From assembly GCA_964234715.1 (NCBI GenBank), contig OZ174289.1: 64,000 bases of DNA. The stretch is one strand, 5' to 3'. Of this stretch, positions 49,521 through 63,800 are shown in pieces. Source of the DNA: Podarcis melisellensis. Lineage: Eukaryota. The notes under the pieces are model-generated. The model made no database searches, was not told where the DNA came from, and saw nothing but the letters and a program-made list of their open reading frames with translations. A program made the position numbers and the translations under genes. Numbering within the stretch: position 1 is the stretch's first letter; the number at the start of each line of letters is the position of its first letter.

Positions 49521-51593
49521 TAATTTCTAGGGTTTAGGGAGGTCCCCCCTAAATCTGTAACAATATGGACCGTGAATGCTGATCTATTTAAAGACTAGAA
49601 ATGCTGATTAATTTTATTAGGGCTTTTAAAAAAATCAAACTTATATTGAAATATTAATAACTGAATTTAAGATTGGAAATATGAGAAGCTGAAATTGACA
49701 GTATAGTCCATCCCTGGTACTAAGATTAGACAATACTGGGCTGGAAGGATTATCATTGTCTAACTCTCTCTCTCTCTATATATATGTAATTTCACTTGTT
49801 CTTCCAATGAAATGAACAGAACTACAAAGTATATGCCTAAGGCATCATTGTACACACAATACTTAAGTGCAAACATTTAAAGTTGGATTTCTACTTCCAA
49901 ATTTGATTTTGGCTGGGCTGGCCCGTTCACTGGTGAATCTGAGAAGGAACAGCCCCTTCAAAATTCATGTCACCTCTAAGGGGAGGGAGGAGATCTGCTT
50001 AACAAACTGCCAAGTCATTATTTTGGAAGGCTGGTTCATGGCTTTTCACATCTTGGATTTACAATACGAGGAACACTGTGTTGGAGGATGGGTTCATTCA
50101 CCAGCTGTTGCTTGGCACTGTCCACTTCCGTGAGAGCACAATTCTAATTAAAGGCACCACACACATCCACTGTGTGCAAATTAGCTGCGGTCCTGTGCTG
50201 TTCTCTGAAGCACTCCCCTGGGTGACCCTTGCTGTGCAACAAGCTGGCCCTCTGCTAGATCAAAACAAAACTTTGGCCTAGCAACATTGTAATAATAAAA
50301 ACAGAGTATATTTCCTTTTCCCAGCCTATGTTTGTAAAAAAAGGGAAGCAATAACCGAACCATTGAAGTGCTCGGGGAACTGAAATTCACTCACAGCATC
50401 TGGGCCACTTTGCATGTGCATGTGGGTGTGTGTTTTAAAAATTAGCTTTCCCTTTAAATACATGTTCCAGCAAGCCACATAATTGGATTTTCTTTTCTTA
50501 AAAGAAGGGAACATAAATTACTCCTGTTGGGTGCAGATTAGGTTACTGGATTTCTTTTCTTCTGTCATCGTCGATGCCCCGGTGTCAGAGAGCTTTAATA
50601 TTTAATGCATTCCTAATTAGTCTCTCTTGGTTTAAGGCACTTAGCAAAACCTGACACCAGCCGTAGAGTCAAGTTCATTTAGGGAAGCAAAATTAGCCAG
50701 ACATCATTTCCACATCACAGCCAGCACACACCCACAAAGGTCTCTCTTGCCCCCTCCCTCTCTCAAAGACACATGTGCTTGACAACCATAAAGTAATGCT
50801 TGGCTGAGAGGCGAGTGGCTTGATTTACAGCGACAGTTGCCCCAAATTACCTCCTGTACCCAGGGCACTGGCATTTTTGAATTCCCTTTAATTGCTATGA
50901 AAGCACATCATTTTCAACCATGTTTGCCAAAGAAATTTGTCCCTGGTGTTGTTTGGCCAGGAGACCCATGTTTCATGCTCGGGAAACTGAAGGTTCTCAC
51001 TCTCTCAGAAATGCAAGCTTTGCTGGGTCAATCTGCAACCCAAACCTGTGGCTGTGTTTACTCATAAGTAAACCCTCCCTAACTTTTCTGCTGCAAGAGA
51101 AAGCCTTTTAGATATTTGAAGATGGCTATAATATTTCCTCTCCATCACCTCTTCTCCAGGATAAACATGCCCAACTCCCTCAACCATTCCTCATAAGGCT
51201 TGGTTTCCAGATCCTTGGTCATCTTGGTCTTCCCTCTAAACACCTTCCAGCTTGTCAGTATCCTTCATGAATGCCCTCTCAACACCCCTGCTTACAAGTC
51301 ATGGTCACAGGACTGCTGGATATCTTCCTGTAGTGATTTCAGCCTTCACTGATGGATAAAGGTGGTATTACTGCATCTGCTCATGATAGAAGTTTATAAA
51401 ATTAAACATGGCGGAAAGAAAGTGGGAGGAAAAAAACTTTTCCTTCCTCTTTTAGGACCATAGAACTCATGGACATACAATGAAGCTGAATTTTGGAATA
51501 TTCAGGGCAGGCACATAGTTAAACTATGGAACTTGCTCTCAGAGTAGGCAGTGATGGTCACCAGTGTAGATGTCTTTAAAAGAGGATTGGACA

Positions 51594-52918
51594 CCCTGCC
51601 AGATTTGAAAATTTATTTTGAAGCAGCTGTGCTCTGCTGGATTAAAGAGTGGATACAATTAGAAGATACCAATGTCTTAGACCTGGAGGAATTCGACAAT
51701 GTGTTTGGATGGCACACATATTTATAGTATGATAAAGTAAAGGCCCATAATACATTTAAAAATCATGTAATTAGGAAATCTTTGTACAACGTTTGGACAA
51801 AATATAAAGATCTTTTAGAAAGGAAGATGCCCAGGTGGCTTTCACCAATGGAGGCGAAGGCCCAGAAAAAGTTAAACATGAAAACCAAATGGTTGAGATA
51901 TTCAGATTTATTATTGGAGGATAAAGAAGGATACAAACTAAAACCATTTGATCAAGTTAAAGATAAGTTAAATTGGTTACATTACCACCAGATTAATGAA
52001 TTGTATAAACTAGATAAAAAAAATGGTTTTGCTTCTGAAAAATCTAAGTTGGAGGCGGAGTTGTTGGATTCTAAAGTTAAAAATCTGTCTAAAATGTATA
52101 AGTTACTGTTGGAGTGGCATACAAAGGATGAACAAGTTAAATCAGTGATGATAGATTGGGCAAGAGATGTAGGACATAACATAACGTTCGAGGATTGAGA
52201 AAGATTGTGGAAGAAAGGGGTTAAGTTCACTGCATGTACAATGTTAAAGGAAAATATAATGAAAATGATGTATAGATCGTATTTGACCCATGTCAAACTA
52301 GCAAAGATTTATCATAACTGTGATAATCTTTGTTGGAAATGTAAAGAAAAAGAAGGTACTTTCTATCACATGTGGTGAACCTGCCCCAAGGTGAAAGACT
52401 TCTGGGAAAAGATTTATAATGAATTGAAAAAACAGTTGAAATATACATTTATAAATAAACCAGAGGCCTTTCTTCTTGGAATAACAGGTTTTGAATTGCC
52501 CAAGAAATATGTTAAATTATTTTTGTATGCCACAACTGCTGCTCGAATTTTACTAGCTAAGAAGTGGAAAATGCAAAAAGTACCAACTGTGGAAGAATGG
52601 CAGATGAAGATGATGGATTTTTTGGAGCTAGCTGACCTGATGGGAAGAGTCTGCGACCAGAAGGAGGAGGAGTATCAGGAAAAATGGACAAAATTTAATG
52701 ATTATTTAGTTAAATATGCTAAGTTAAATTAACAGGAAAAAGCTTGCAATTACCAGATAGGCTTAGGATTTGCATTGAAATTCAACTCGGGGGATACGAG
52801 GAAGTCACTTAACAATGTTAATAAGATTAGTTTTAATAACGTTATGATTTATGTTTGTTTGTTTATTTGTTTGTGTGTTTATAATTTTGTGAAAATCAAT
52901 TTAAAAAATGGGGGGGGG
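51594..52918 (+). mobile_element. 5'-truncated L1 (ORF2 C-terminus) inserted into a CR1 fragment
   Basis: ORF remnants 51782-52198 and 52391-52732; Zn-knuckle CWKCKEKEGTFYHMW*TC; 13-bp TSD AGAGGATTGGACA (51581-51593 / 52919-52931). Confidence 0.88.
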
Positions 52919-53391
52919 AGAGGATTGGACAAATTCATGGAGGAAAAGCCATAATGTCTGTGCTCTGCCTCCATTGTCAGAGGCAGTAATGCTTCTAATA
53001 CAAAGTGATGGAAGCCACAGAGGGGGGAGGTGCTCTTGCATTTGGTTCCTGGTTGCAGGTTTCCCATAGGCATCTGTTTGGCCACCAAGAGAACAGCATA
53101 CTGGCCATTGGCCTTATCTAGGATGCTCTTGTTATGTTTGTATACTGCTTCCATCTGCCCTTCTCTGCCTTCAGAACCTACAGCTTGAACTCATTTCACA
53201 CTAGAGCATGGAATTGCTATGACACATTTCAGATAGCCCTGACTTCATCGGCACAGTTCATGCAGAGTAAGTGACCAAAGTCAGCCCATATTGCAAACCA
53301 TCTTTTTCCATTTCTGATATCATCCCCTCCAGTGTGACAGTCAACAGAGGGTTAATTCCAATTCTTACACCATGCCCCAGGGCAATGTTGA

Positions 53392-53539
53392 NNNNNNNNN
53401 NNNNNNNNNNNNNNNNNNNNNNNNNNNNNNNNNNNNNNNNNNNNNNNNNNNNNNNNNNNNNNNNNNNNNNNNNNNNNNNNNNNNNNNNNNNNNNNNNNNN
53501 NNNNNNNNNNNNNNNNNNNNNNNNNNNNNNNNNNNNNNN
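53392..53539. other. Assembly gap (148 N)
   Basis: Run of N. Confidence 1.
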
Positions 53540-53834
53540 TGTTTTATAGATGCTGCAGAACAAGGAAAAAAAAATCTCTTCCTGAAGAGATATTTTCAGG
53601 GGCCTATTTGTCTTCACTGGGCCACATTTTAAGTGTATGAGACAACAGCAGCAAATACATATGGTGTGTGAGATGCTTAGAGACTAAATTTAGACTCTGT
53701 GCTGGCAAGAAGGGACCACCCACTTCCAAGTTTCATATCTCCATCCAGGCCCCATGTCACTCTTAAACTCCAGAGAAATGCCAGAACTTAAGAAATGCTT
53801 TCAGATTCCATTTTTGATTTGGGATCCATTGTAA

Positions 53835-54240
53835 ATCTAGAAACCAAGCCATACAAGGAACAGTTGAAGGAGCTGGGTATGTGTAGCCTGGAGAAAAGAA
53901 AACTGAGAGGTAATATGATAGCCACCTTCAAATATCACATGGAAGTCGGAGCAAACTTGTTTTCTGTTGCTCGAGAGGGCTGGACCTGAACCAATGAATT
54001 CAAATTACAAGAAATGAGATTCCAGCTTAACATTGGGAAGAACTTCCTAATGGTGAGAGTTATTAGAAAGTAGAATGGGCTACCGCGGAGGGTGATAGAC
54101 ACTCCTTCATTGGATGATTTTAAAGAGAGGTAGGTTGGCCATCTGCCAGGGATTCTTTAGCTGTGATTCTTGCATTGCAAGGGGGGTTGGACTAGATGAC
54201 ACATTGGTTCCCTTCCAACTTTATGATTCTCTAATTCTTA
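53835..54240 (+). mobile_element. CR1 3' end (second partial copy at ~54590-54735)
   Basis: [33 protein letters not shown] plus 3' UTR ggactagatgac...ttccaact..atgattct. Confidence 0.88.
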
Positions 54241-54964
54241 AGCAGAATTGCAGCTAGTGAGTGAAATTCAAGGAGGCTGAGCTAAATCACTTCAAAACTG
54301 GGAAATTGGTTTGCCCCACACCTGGAATGAAAACTCAACATCAGGCCTTGGTAGTACGATTGGAAAAAACCCTACTCCGAAGGCCAGCCAAGAAGTCCCC
54401 CCCCCCAAAAAAAGTTATATCCAGAGGCCAATCAAGATGCAACCCCTGCCCCAATCCTACTCAGTCAAGTATGGTGCTGAAGCTGCTGAAGGAAATGCTC
54501 AAGCTGTATTTTAAAGAATACCTGCTCCTCCAAGCCTATTGGCTACTCAAGCACCGTGGGGTGAGTCTGTCACCACCCAACCTCAGAAGTCATGTGGAGC
54601 AAACTTGTTTTCTCCTGCTCCAGAGGGTAGGACCTGAACCAATGGATTCAAGTTACAAGAAAGAAGATTCCGACTAAACATGAGGAAGAACTTTCTGATG
54701 GCAAGATCAGTTTGACAATGCAACAGACTCCCATGCCACCAAGGCCTGTTTTTGACATTTTATAGTCATTGGAGTAGAGTAGCAACTGGCTTACAATTTT
54801 CCATGTCATTGGACTCCAGCAGAGCTTGGATTTTACCGCTTTGGCTGATCAGAAAGGAGCCTGATTCTTCTCTATTTGCATACCTAGTAATTTTTCATTG
54901 CTCCTCAATCTTTAATTTCAAAATGTGTTTTCAAACTTCCCTCAAACTTGTTTTTCTGTTTGTT

Positions 54965-55545
54965 TGAATCAAATACCAGCCGAAGATCATTAACATACAC
55001 CACCAAACAATTCCATTGTCATCATTAACAGTATACAATGATCAGCTTTGCTTTACTCAAATCCAAGATTTCTTAATATGGTAATTTCTTGTTCCAACAT
55101 CTAGCTGCCTGTTTCAAACTATAAATGGACCTTTTTAGTTTGCATACTAAACTTGGATCTTCCACAAAACCCTGTGGTTGAACCATGTATATCTCTTCTT
55201 CTAGTGCACCATATAGAAATGCAGTTTTGATGTCAAAATGTGAAACCTTCACTTTCTTTTCTGCTGCTACTTTCAACAACAGTCTACCACTGGAATATTT
55301 TTTTATAGGTGCAAAAACTGATTCATAGTCCACATTGTATTTTTGTGCATAACTCCTTGCAACTAATCGAGTTCTGAATCTCTCTACTTGACCTTGTTCA
55401 TTTCACTTAATCTTAAACACCTATTTGGAATTGATGGGTTTTCTCCCTTTAGGTAAAGGCACAAGATCCCAAGTTCCATTTTATGCATTGCTTCCATCTC
55501 TTCTGACATAGCATCAAACCAGCATTTTGCTAATTCTGGCTCCAT
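54965..55545 (-). mobile_element. Ty1/copia reverse transcriptase fragment (decayed)
   Basis: TRLVARSYAQKYNVDYESVFAP, HFDIKTAFLYGALEEEIYMVQPQGF and VCKLKRSIYSLKQAARCWN. Confidence 0.9.
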
Positions 55546-55629
55546 ACTATTCATTTACAGCAAGTAGGACAGGAAAATGTTAACAGAGAGTCCTGACACT
55601 TAATAAATCCAATCTGTGTGGTGAAAAGA

Positions 55630-55691
55630 GAAGAAGAAGAAGAAGAAGAAGAAGAAGAAGAAGAAGAAGAAGAAGAAGAAGAAGAAGAAGA
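55630..55691. repeat. (GAA)n microsatellite
   Basis: Direct reading. Confidence 0.97.
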
Positions 55692-56169
55692 GAAAAACAA
55701 CATTTTTTTCTAGCTCTGAGCTGTTCTAGCTCCTAAGGTTTTCTATGGGACTTTCAAACCGCTAAGCAGTCTTCTGAAGGCAAACACCAGGACTTAAACC
55801 CCTACTTGCCTGCTCAATGCAGGCAAAACCACTCCTTTCATATGGAGAGGTCCTATAACACTGTCTTTTGCATTTATTAGTTATCACTGATTTTTTCCTC
55901 CTCTGATGGATAGAGCTAAGCTGAGATAACAGACCAGCATAATACATTTCTTCTGAACAATTGGTTAGTTTTAATTTAAATTTTAGGTATAGCAATTGAA
56001 TGTGTGTGTGTGTGAATGTGTTTTAACTGTTAACTGACACTTAAATCAAATGGGCTCCAGAAAGTTATCTCGAAACAATTCCAACCATGCCTCCCTCCAT
56101 CCCCACCCCAATACTAAACAGCTGAAAATTGATGAGCTTTTAGGCCCGATAGGATAATACCAGATGATA

Positions 56170-56470
56170 GTAATAATTTAATAATTTATTATTTATACCC
56201 CACCCATCTGGCTGGACCTCCCCAGCCACTCTGGGCGGCTTCCATAAAAACCAAAAATACAGTAAAATCACACGTTAAAAACTTCCCTGAACAGGGCTGC
56301 CTTAAGATGTCTTCTGAATGTCAGGTAGTTGTTTATCGCTTTGACATCTGCTGGAAGGGCGTTCCACAGGGTGGGCGCCACTACCGAGAAGGCCCTCTGC
56401 CTGGTTCCCTGTAGCTTTGCTTCTCGCAATGAGGGAACCGCCAGAAGGCCCTCAGCGCTGGACCTCAGCG
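56170..56470 (-). mobile_element. L2-like LINE 3' end
   Basis: Reverse complement of ggaagccgcccagagtggctggggag...ccagatgggtggggtataaataataaatt; same family as ~7550. Confidence 0.7.
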
Positions 56471-57105
56471 TAAACCTACAATTCCTATCTTTAATAGATT
56501 TGGTGTTTTAGAAATGGAAAGTCTAGAGCCCCAACAATTATATGATGGGAGTACTAATAACACTAATAATAAAATCAATCATACAAGTGTAAGTGGACAG
56601 GAAGATTTATTTTTTTAAAAAAAACAACAACCCACAACCCACCTCTTCTCCAAGTTATAGGGTACTTATTGCCGAACAATGTAATTTGGTGGCTGCAACA
56701 GTCAAAAATATTTTTAAAGAACTCAGAAACATCTCAAATAATGTAAACAGCCTGCTATCTGTGATAAAAAGGATAAGCTCTACATTCCCTCCCAATTACT
56801 GAGAAGTGGGATAGTACTGAAGCATCAAATATTAATGCAGTTGATCAAACTTCCCAACTCCCATTAGTCAATAATTTTTCATTGGATCCAAACCTACTTT
56901 TCCAGGCTAACAAAGTAGCGCCAACCATTTACCGTCACAGGAAATACACCTTCCAGAGCAATACGATGCCTTGAAACATCTTAGCACTTTATTACCAATG
57001 AGGGAGATTGAGCTATCATTCATCAAAGACCCTCCTTTAATACAAAAAATGCATTATAACATTCTGATAGGATAGAATCCCATCTCTGCTTTTAAAAAAG
57101 AAATA

Positions 57106-57184
57106 CAGGGTGAGTCTTTTAAAAGAGGCCCTGTGGGACATGTGTACTCTGTATCCACAGGGCCTTTTTTAAAGGACTCACCCG
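57106..57184. mobile_element. ~80-bp foldback mariner-like MITE
   Basis: CAGGGTGAGTCTTTTAAAAGAGGCCCTGTGG...CCACAGGGCCTTTTTTAAAGGACTCACCCG; TA on the left flank. Confidence 0.7.
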
Positions 57185-57230
57185 GGATCAGGTGTGCTAC
57201 TCAACAGAGGGTTTTGTTTTGGTTTTGATA

Positions 57231-57466
57231 CAGTGGTACCTCTGATTACGAACTTATTTCATTCTGGAGGTCCGTTCTTAACCTGAAACTGTTCATTTAA
57301 CCTGAGGTACCACTTTAGTTAATAGGGCCTCCCACTGCTGCCATCACCTGATTTCGGTTCTCACCCTGAAGCAAAGTTCTTGACCCAAGGTATTGTTTCT
57401 GGGTTAGTGGAGTCTGTAACCTGAAGTGTCTGTAAACTGAAGTATCTGCAACCCAAGGTACCACTG
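57231..57466 (+). mobile_element. Tc1/mariner MITE (family of 15202)
   Basis: Same TIRs, TA flanks. Confidence 0.88.
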
Positions 57467-58748
57467 TACAGTGAATAAACCTCTCCTGATCCTAAAGAAC
57501 TCCCAGGTCCTGGAAGAATTATACTCAGGGCCACCCCCCACGACTGAAAGTCAAATTTTAAAAGAAATGCCCTTGAAATCCTTCAGCAATGAACATCAAT
57601 GTTCCAAGTCACATCACAAACTTGTGAATACTCCTATGAAGGACTGCTTTCAAGACCTGTCTAGCTGAGGAGGGCTCTTCTTGTGCTCCTAAGTTCTTAG
57701 GAATCATTTTGTCATGCTCTTCTCCTCCAGTCTTTAGCTCCCCCCAAGGCTTTAGCTTCCCTTTCTGTCAAATAGGGAGGTGTGTGTGTGTGTTTACTGT
57801 TTCACAGGAGCAAAATTCAGCTAAGTTCATTAATGCCTATCACCTAACAGCATGACAAAGCACAGATAAAAGTTTATAAAAAAAAATAATGTGACAAATT
57901 TTATTAGACTCATTTCTAAACAAGATTTCATGCCTATGCTTGTAAATATTTGAATGGTTGGGTCCCTTCAGCAAGCATGGTCCCGGAAGGCAAAGATGAA
58001 CAGATCTATATCAGGCAAGATATATTTCACGTGGAATGAAAAACTGGGTTTAAACAGCTGGAAAGCAAGTTTGGGTGAGCAGTGAGAGCAAAACATATGG
58101 GAAAAAGTCAGGTCATAAATAGAGATGCCACAGTTGTGATGGGCATCTGCCTAGTGCATTGAAGGGGGTGGGAACGGGGGCATATCCTAGCTCAGTCGTA
58201 CAGCACATGTTCTGCATGCAGAAGGGTCCACGTTCCAACTCTAGCATCTCCACTTGAAAGGAACAGGAGGCAGGTGATGGAAAAGATAAAGGATAATGAC
58301 TGCCAGAGCCGAACAAAATGGACTGATAACCTGACTGGGTATAAGGGAATTTCCTATGATCACAAGTTATACCTGCAGTGGATGTTTTCATTCTGGCAAT
58401 AATAGGTCCAAACTACATGAAATGAGAGAGAGGCATGATTGCTTCTCCCACAACCGTTGTTGTTGTTGTTGTTGCTTTAAAGTCATAGGCTGCAACAATG
58501 TACATACAACAAACTAGCATTTTTGACAGCCAGCCAGACAACTATATATGAAAGAAAACAGAAAAATAATGCTCCTCTCATGTAAATCACTGATGACAAT
58601 AAGCTAGAAACACATTAAAATACAATATATCAGAAGCACATTTCAATCCCACCCCAAATATTATTATTATTTTACTTATGGGCAGAGCCAGAGACAAAAG
58701 TGGTCAGAGCAATATATGTAAATGTTGTCTTCGTACAGTAGGCTAGTT

Positions 58749-58751
<3 letters not shown>

Positions 58752-58784
<33 letters not shown>
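58752..58784. repeat. (CA)n microsatellite
   Basis: Direct reading. Confidence 0.95.
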
Positions 58785-58787
<3 letters not shown>

Positions 58788-61700
58788 TATGCTCCTTCTA
58801 AGCAGACTGAGTTCAAGGGCACATTCCAACTATGCTATCCCTTGGCCCAGTGTTCATACTATTAACAGGGTTCACTATCAATTATGCAACATTTATTAAA
58901 GAACATGGGGCCAATTTAAAATCATAAACTCCCCATCCTTTCTCTGCCTCTCATTTGCCTTCCTAAAGCTAATTTGGGGGTAAATGGCTTTTCCTTCCCC
59001 CACTTTCTGTTGAGGCTGGTTGTCAGCTTTCTTCAGAAGTGAGTTGCAAGGTGCGCTAAATGCAGCAAGGGGCTCTATCGGCAATGACTTCAAAAAGCTC
59101 ATTTCACACGCTTTTGTTCCTTTCATCCTTTATTGTCCCTTGTTATGTTAGACTCCCACCGCTAACTGGCCTTATCTGCTCAAATTCCTGACAAGGATTT
59201 TGGAGCCAGCACAGACAAAAAAGAACACACACACACACACACACACACTTGCGATACCCACCATCGAGAACTGCTGCTTTCAAGCCTGCAGATTTCAGCA
59301 TGTATAGTGAAAGGCACCTTGTCTGCATAGGCACACCTGAGGAAACAGCAGGTCGAGGATGACATGCTTTGCTTTCACATGCAGAACTAGTTCTGCATCT
59401 CAGATAGCACACTGCTGCAGGGAAGGGCCTTAATTCAGTGGTAAGAGCAACTGTTTTTCATGCAGAAGGTCCCAGGTTTAATCCCTGCTATAGGTCTGGG
59501 GAAATGTTCCATCTGAAACCCTGGAGAAATACTGCCAGTTAGAGTGGTAGACAATATGAAGCTAGATGGAGGAATGGTCTGACTCAGTAAAAGGCAACTT
59601 TCTATGTATGGACCAGCTCTGCCTTTATGCAGAGATAGAAGGGCAGTAACCTCAGGCAGATGATTCTGGGTGTCATGGAAAAGCAGCAGATTGTTTATGT
59701 TTATTACACTTTTGCTATCATAGACAGAGAGGAGCACTTGTGGGATTTTCTGCCTCACATCCAAAATCTAGCATTGGGTACTATAAACCTGAAGGGACAC
59801 CATCTGCTCTCCTGCCACAGAGAGCAAGATGCTTTCATATTTAGGAACCCTTAGACTCTGTACCAAAAGATAGTTGCCAGCACACCAGGAAGAAGAGTCA
59901 AGACAACCAAACGTGGACAAATAGGTTATATTGATTAAATATAATGACTTGGAGATTGGCAAAGCAAACTAATTAGTCATATTTAACCAATGTTACCCAT
60001 TTGAATTAAGTCCAGGCAGGTCTCATTAATTTCTAATCCAATCCCCTGGGCAAGTTAACAGCCACGCACTGTGTGCACATAGAAAGGTTTCCTAAGATTC
60101 CTCCTTCTCCACTGCATGGACTTTGGTGTAAGAGCCCAACAGGCACATTGTGCCCCCGTTGGCCAACATTCACCCTGATGTGTCCATCAGGTACACCAGT
60201 TCACCAGCCAAACATAATCCAACAGTGTGGAGTAGGTGAAAAAGAGAAGACCAGAACCAATTAGGGCCTGCAAAAATTAACAACAACAACAACAACAATA
60301 ATAATAATATCCTACTCGGGCTCTGGAAAATAGTCTGTAGGTCCACAGTGCAAAAGGGCAGGAGGGGGTGCCAAATAAAGAAGAGGGGAGACTGTGGGAT
60401 GGAACACGCTTAAATAGCCTGTCATCACCTCTCCCCATTGGGCAATACCACCCTCAGGCCATAATATTCTCCCCCAGGGAGGCACCACCCTTCCTCTTCT
60501 TGGGAAGGAGGGGTGGGACAAATTTGTGCCCCTCCCATAAATGGGGGGAATGGCATAATCAGAATCAGAAATCCAAAATAGTCCACATTCTGCACCAAGA
60601 TGAGCTAGATTCTGCAACCTATATCTATTATGCATATTGAATTTTTTTTTATGTATTCTATAGGCACACACCCATAACTTTCCCCTGTTGGCTGGGAACA
60701 GTCTTTGAAACACCGCCCCACTTTTTTTACTTTTGGGGATTTGTTATTAAATGGTTGGTATGAATAATTCAGTGTGCTGTTCTTCAGGGTTTAGCACCCT
60801 CTCTCAATCCCTTAGAGCAGTTTCCTCCAAGTCTGAGTCTCCATATATTGTTGAACTTCATTTCCCACCATCCCTTACTACTGATTGGCCAGGATGGCTG
60901 GTGATGATGGCGAATGTAGTCCAACAATATTTGAGATCTAAGCTTAGGGAAGGCTACCAACTTGGATCATTTTAATAGAGGATTAGACAGATTCATTGAG
61001 GAGAAGGCTATCAGTTTGGTACTAGTCATGATAGCTATGTTCTAGCTCCAGGACTGAAGACAGCACATATCTGAACTCCAGTTACTGGGGATCATGAATG
61101 GGAGTGGGCTGTTGCCTTCATGTCGTGCTTGTGGGGTTGTCATAGGCCTATAACTGGTCACTGTGAGAATAGAATGCTGGACTAGATAGGACCTTGCTCA
61201 GATCTAGCAGGGCTCTGCTTATGTTGTTCTGAGGTGCTTCCCCTCTAGCATGCATATAGCTGAATTCACGCACATGGTTGCTAAGGCAGCGTGTGACAAT
61301 GAGCTTGCCATTTCACACACTGCAGCGGCTGGTATATATATTTTGAGCAGTTGAGAATGATAACATTGTAAGGCAATTATGCTTTTCTAATGCAGCTTTA
61401 ATCAAAATGAAATGAAACGAAACGAAACACTGCCTTAGCTTTTAAATTAGTATGGGGCAGGTGATGGCAGGGTAAATGGATACAGCAACTGGGGGAGAAG
61501 TGTTCAGCAATGTGAAACAGTTTACTTGTGGGGTGCATAGTGTGTCATACAATGCTCCTTTGTGCCAGAATAGGAGCGGTGAATGTAGGTAAGTATGAGC
61601 AAATCTGTTTTGGTTTCTATCAGTTTCTTGCTTTTACAATATTAATTTCTACAATCTTAAATTCAGTTCTCAATATTTCCATGTCAGTTTCCAAATTGCT

Positions 61701-62229
61701 TTTCAAAAAGCCTCCATCCATGTACATCAGCATCTTAGTGGGGATCTGTTTAATATATGCATTTTTGCATGCAATTTTCTCCAATACACACATTTCTGCA
61801 AGCACTTTTCACTCATGCATTGTATTTTGGTATGCAGCTTTTACTTTTAAAAAATCATTTGTTAATGCAAACGTCCTAATATATCATTTTTTTACACAAA
61901 CAACATTGCAAAACTCAGAGAAGTGTGAATTTCGAAGGATGGCTGTGTTTCAGCTCATGTACAATTTTAGAAAGTTAAAATTAGATAGGTTCACATTTTA
62001 ATGTGAATTGGATCCAATCCCACCCACCCATCCAGTCCCTAGGTGCATTCCTGATTTCCACCTCTGAAAATTAAATTATGGTGACATTCCCTTTCCACAA
62101 TTTAGCCTTCATCACTCCAGGCCCCTGAATCCCTATTCTTTGGTGACAATAATATGCTTTTCTGAGCTCTTACCTCACCCCAAATCAGGGGCAGATCTGA
62201 TATGAAATTAATGAAGCCTAAGCTTCAGG

Positions 62230-62580
62230 GGGGACGTGGGGGTGCTGTGGGTTAAACCACAGAGCCTAGGACTTGCCGATCAGAAGGTAGGTGGTTTGAA
62301 TCCCTGTGACAGGGTGAGCTCCCGTTGCTTGGTCCCTGCTCCTGCCAACCTAACAGTTTGAAAGCATGTCAAAGTGCAAGTAGATAAATAGGTACCACTC
62401 TGGCGGGAAGGTAAATAGTTTTTCCGTGTGCTGCTGTGGTTCGCCAGAAACGGCTTAGTCATGCTGGCCACATGACCCGGAAGCTGTACGCCGGCTCCCT
62501 TGGCCAATAAAGCAAGATGAGCACCGCAACCCCAGAGTCGGCCACGACTGGACCTAATGGTCAGGGGTCCCTTTACTTTT
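62230..62580 (+). mobile_element. Sauria SINE, full length
   Basis: tRNA-like head, Bov-B-like tail; TSD TAAGCTTCAGGG. Confidence 0.9.
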
Positions 62581-62738
62581 AAGCTTCAGGGACTCAATTC
62601 TCAGAGGAGCCCCAGAAGTGACTTTAATCCACATTGCTTAAATTTTATTTATTATGAATTTTGCAGCACAATACTCCAGCCGAGCAATGTGCACAAAAAT
62701 GTGCACAGTAGGGTAAAGTGTACATAAAAATGCACTTT

Positions 62739-62953
62739 CAGTGGTACCTTGGGTTAAGAACTTAATTTGTTCTGGAGGTTCGTTCTTAACCTGAAACTGT
62801 TCTTAACCTCCCACTGCCACCATGCTGTCACCGCACGATTTCTGTTCTCATCCTGAAGCAAAGTTCTTAACCCGAGGTACTATTTCTGGGTTAGCGGAGT
62901 CTGTAACTTTAAGTGTCTGTAACCTGAAGCGTCTGTAACCTGAGGTACCACTG
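62739..62953 (+). mobile_element. Tc1/mariner MITE (family of 15202)
   Basis: Same TIRs; small internal deletion. Confidence 0.88.
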
Positions 62954-63574
62954 TACTATGTTCTGCAAAAGTGGGAATATTAGGAGAAATCTGAACAATA
63001 GTGCTGTTGAATGTTCATGAGGACCCTTTTTTAAAAAAGAATTCACAAAGCATTGAGGAAATGTGGAGACCTGAAGATTGAAAAAATGGGAAGCTGCACG
63101 AAACTGAAATGGATAGAATCAAACCATCCCTAATTAGTGTTCATCAAAATGCAGGGATTTGAACTACCACGGCCTGATGCTATCTTGGCTGTGCTCCATG
63201 CTCAGAACCAGCAGCTCAGAACCTCTTGCATAATGCACACCTCACTCAGAGTTAGCCACCCACACATCTTCTCCTCTAAGAGGCTGCTTTTAAAATCCTT
63301 TATTCAACTCCATCTGCTCACACACGGACACAGGGAAGTGCCGCACGCACAAGGAGCCATTTAACTATCCCTTTTTCTTTTGACTCACATAATTCAGTTC
63401 CAAATTGTTTTGATTTGCACCGATCTACGCTGTGCTTCAGACTGATTCCCTCCCTCTCCCTCTCTGTAGGCACCATGAGGCATTTATGCAGGATTCAGAT
63501 ATAAGCCTTACATGGCAACGATATGGTGTGAAACCTGCAGCCTCTTTTCCAGATGGCATGTGCGTAGGCCCATA

Positions 63575-63800
63575 TAGTGGTACCTCAGGTTACAGACGCT
63601 TCAGGTTACAGACTCCACTAACTCAGAAATAGTACCTCGGGTTAATAACTTTGCTTCAGGATGAGAACAGAAATCGTGCTCCGGCGGTGCGGCGGCAGTG
63701 GGAGGCCCCATTAGCTAAAGTGGTGCCTCAAGTTAAGAACAGTTTCAGGTTAAGAACAGACCTCCAGAATGAATTAAGTTCTTAACCCGAGGTACCACTG
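63575..63800 (-). mobile_element. Tc1/mariner MITE (family of 15202), inverted
   Basis: Same TIRs, TA flanks; reverse-complement interior. Confidence 0.88.
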
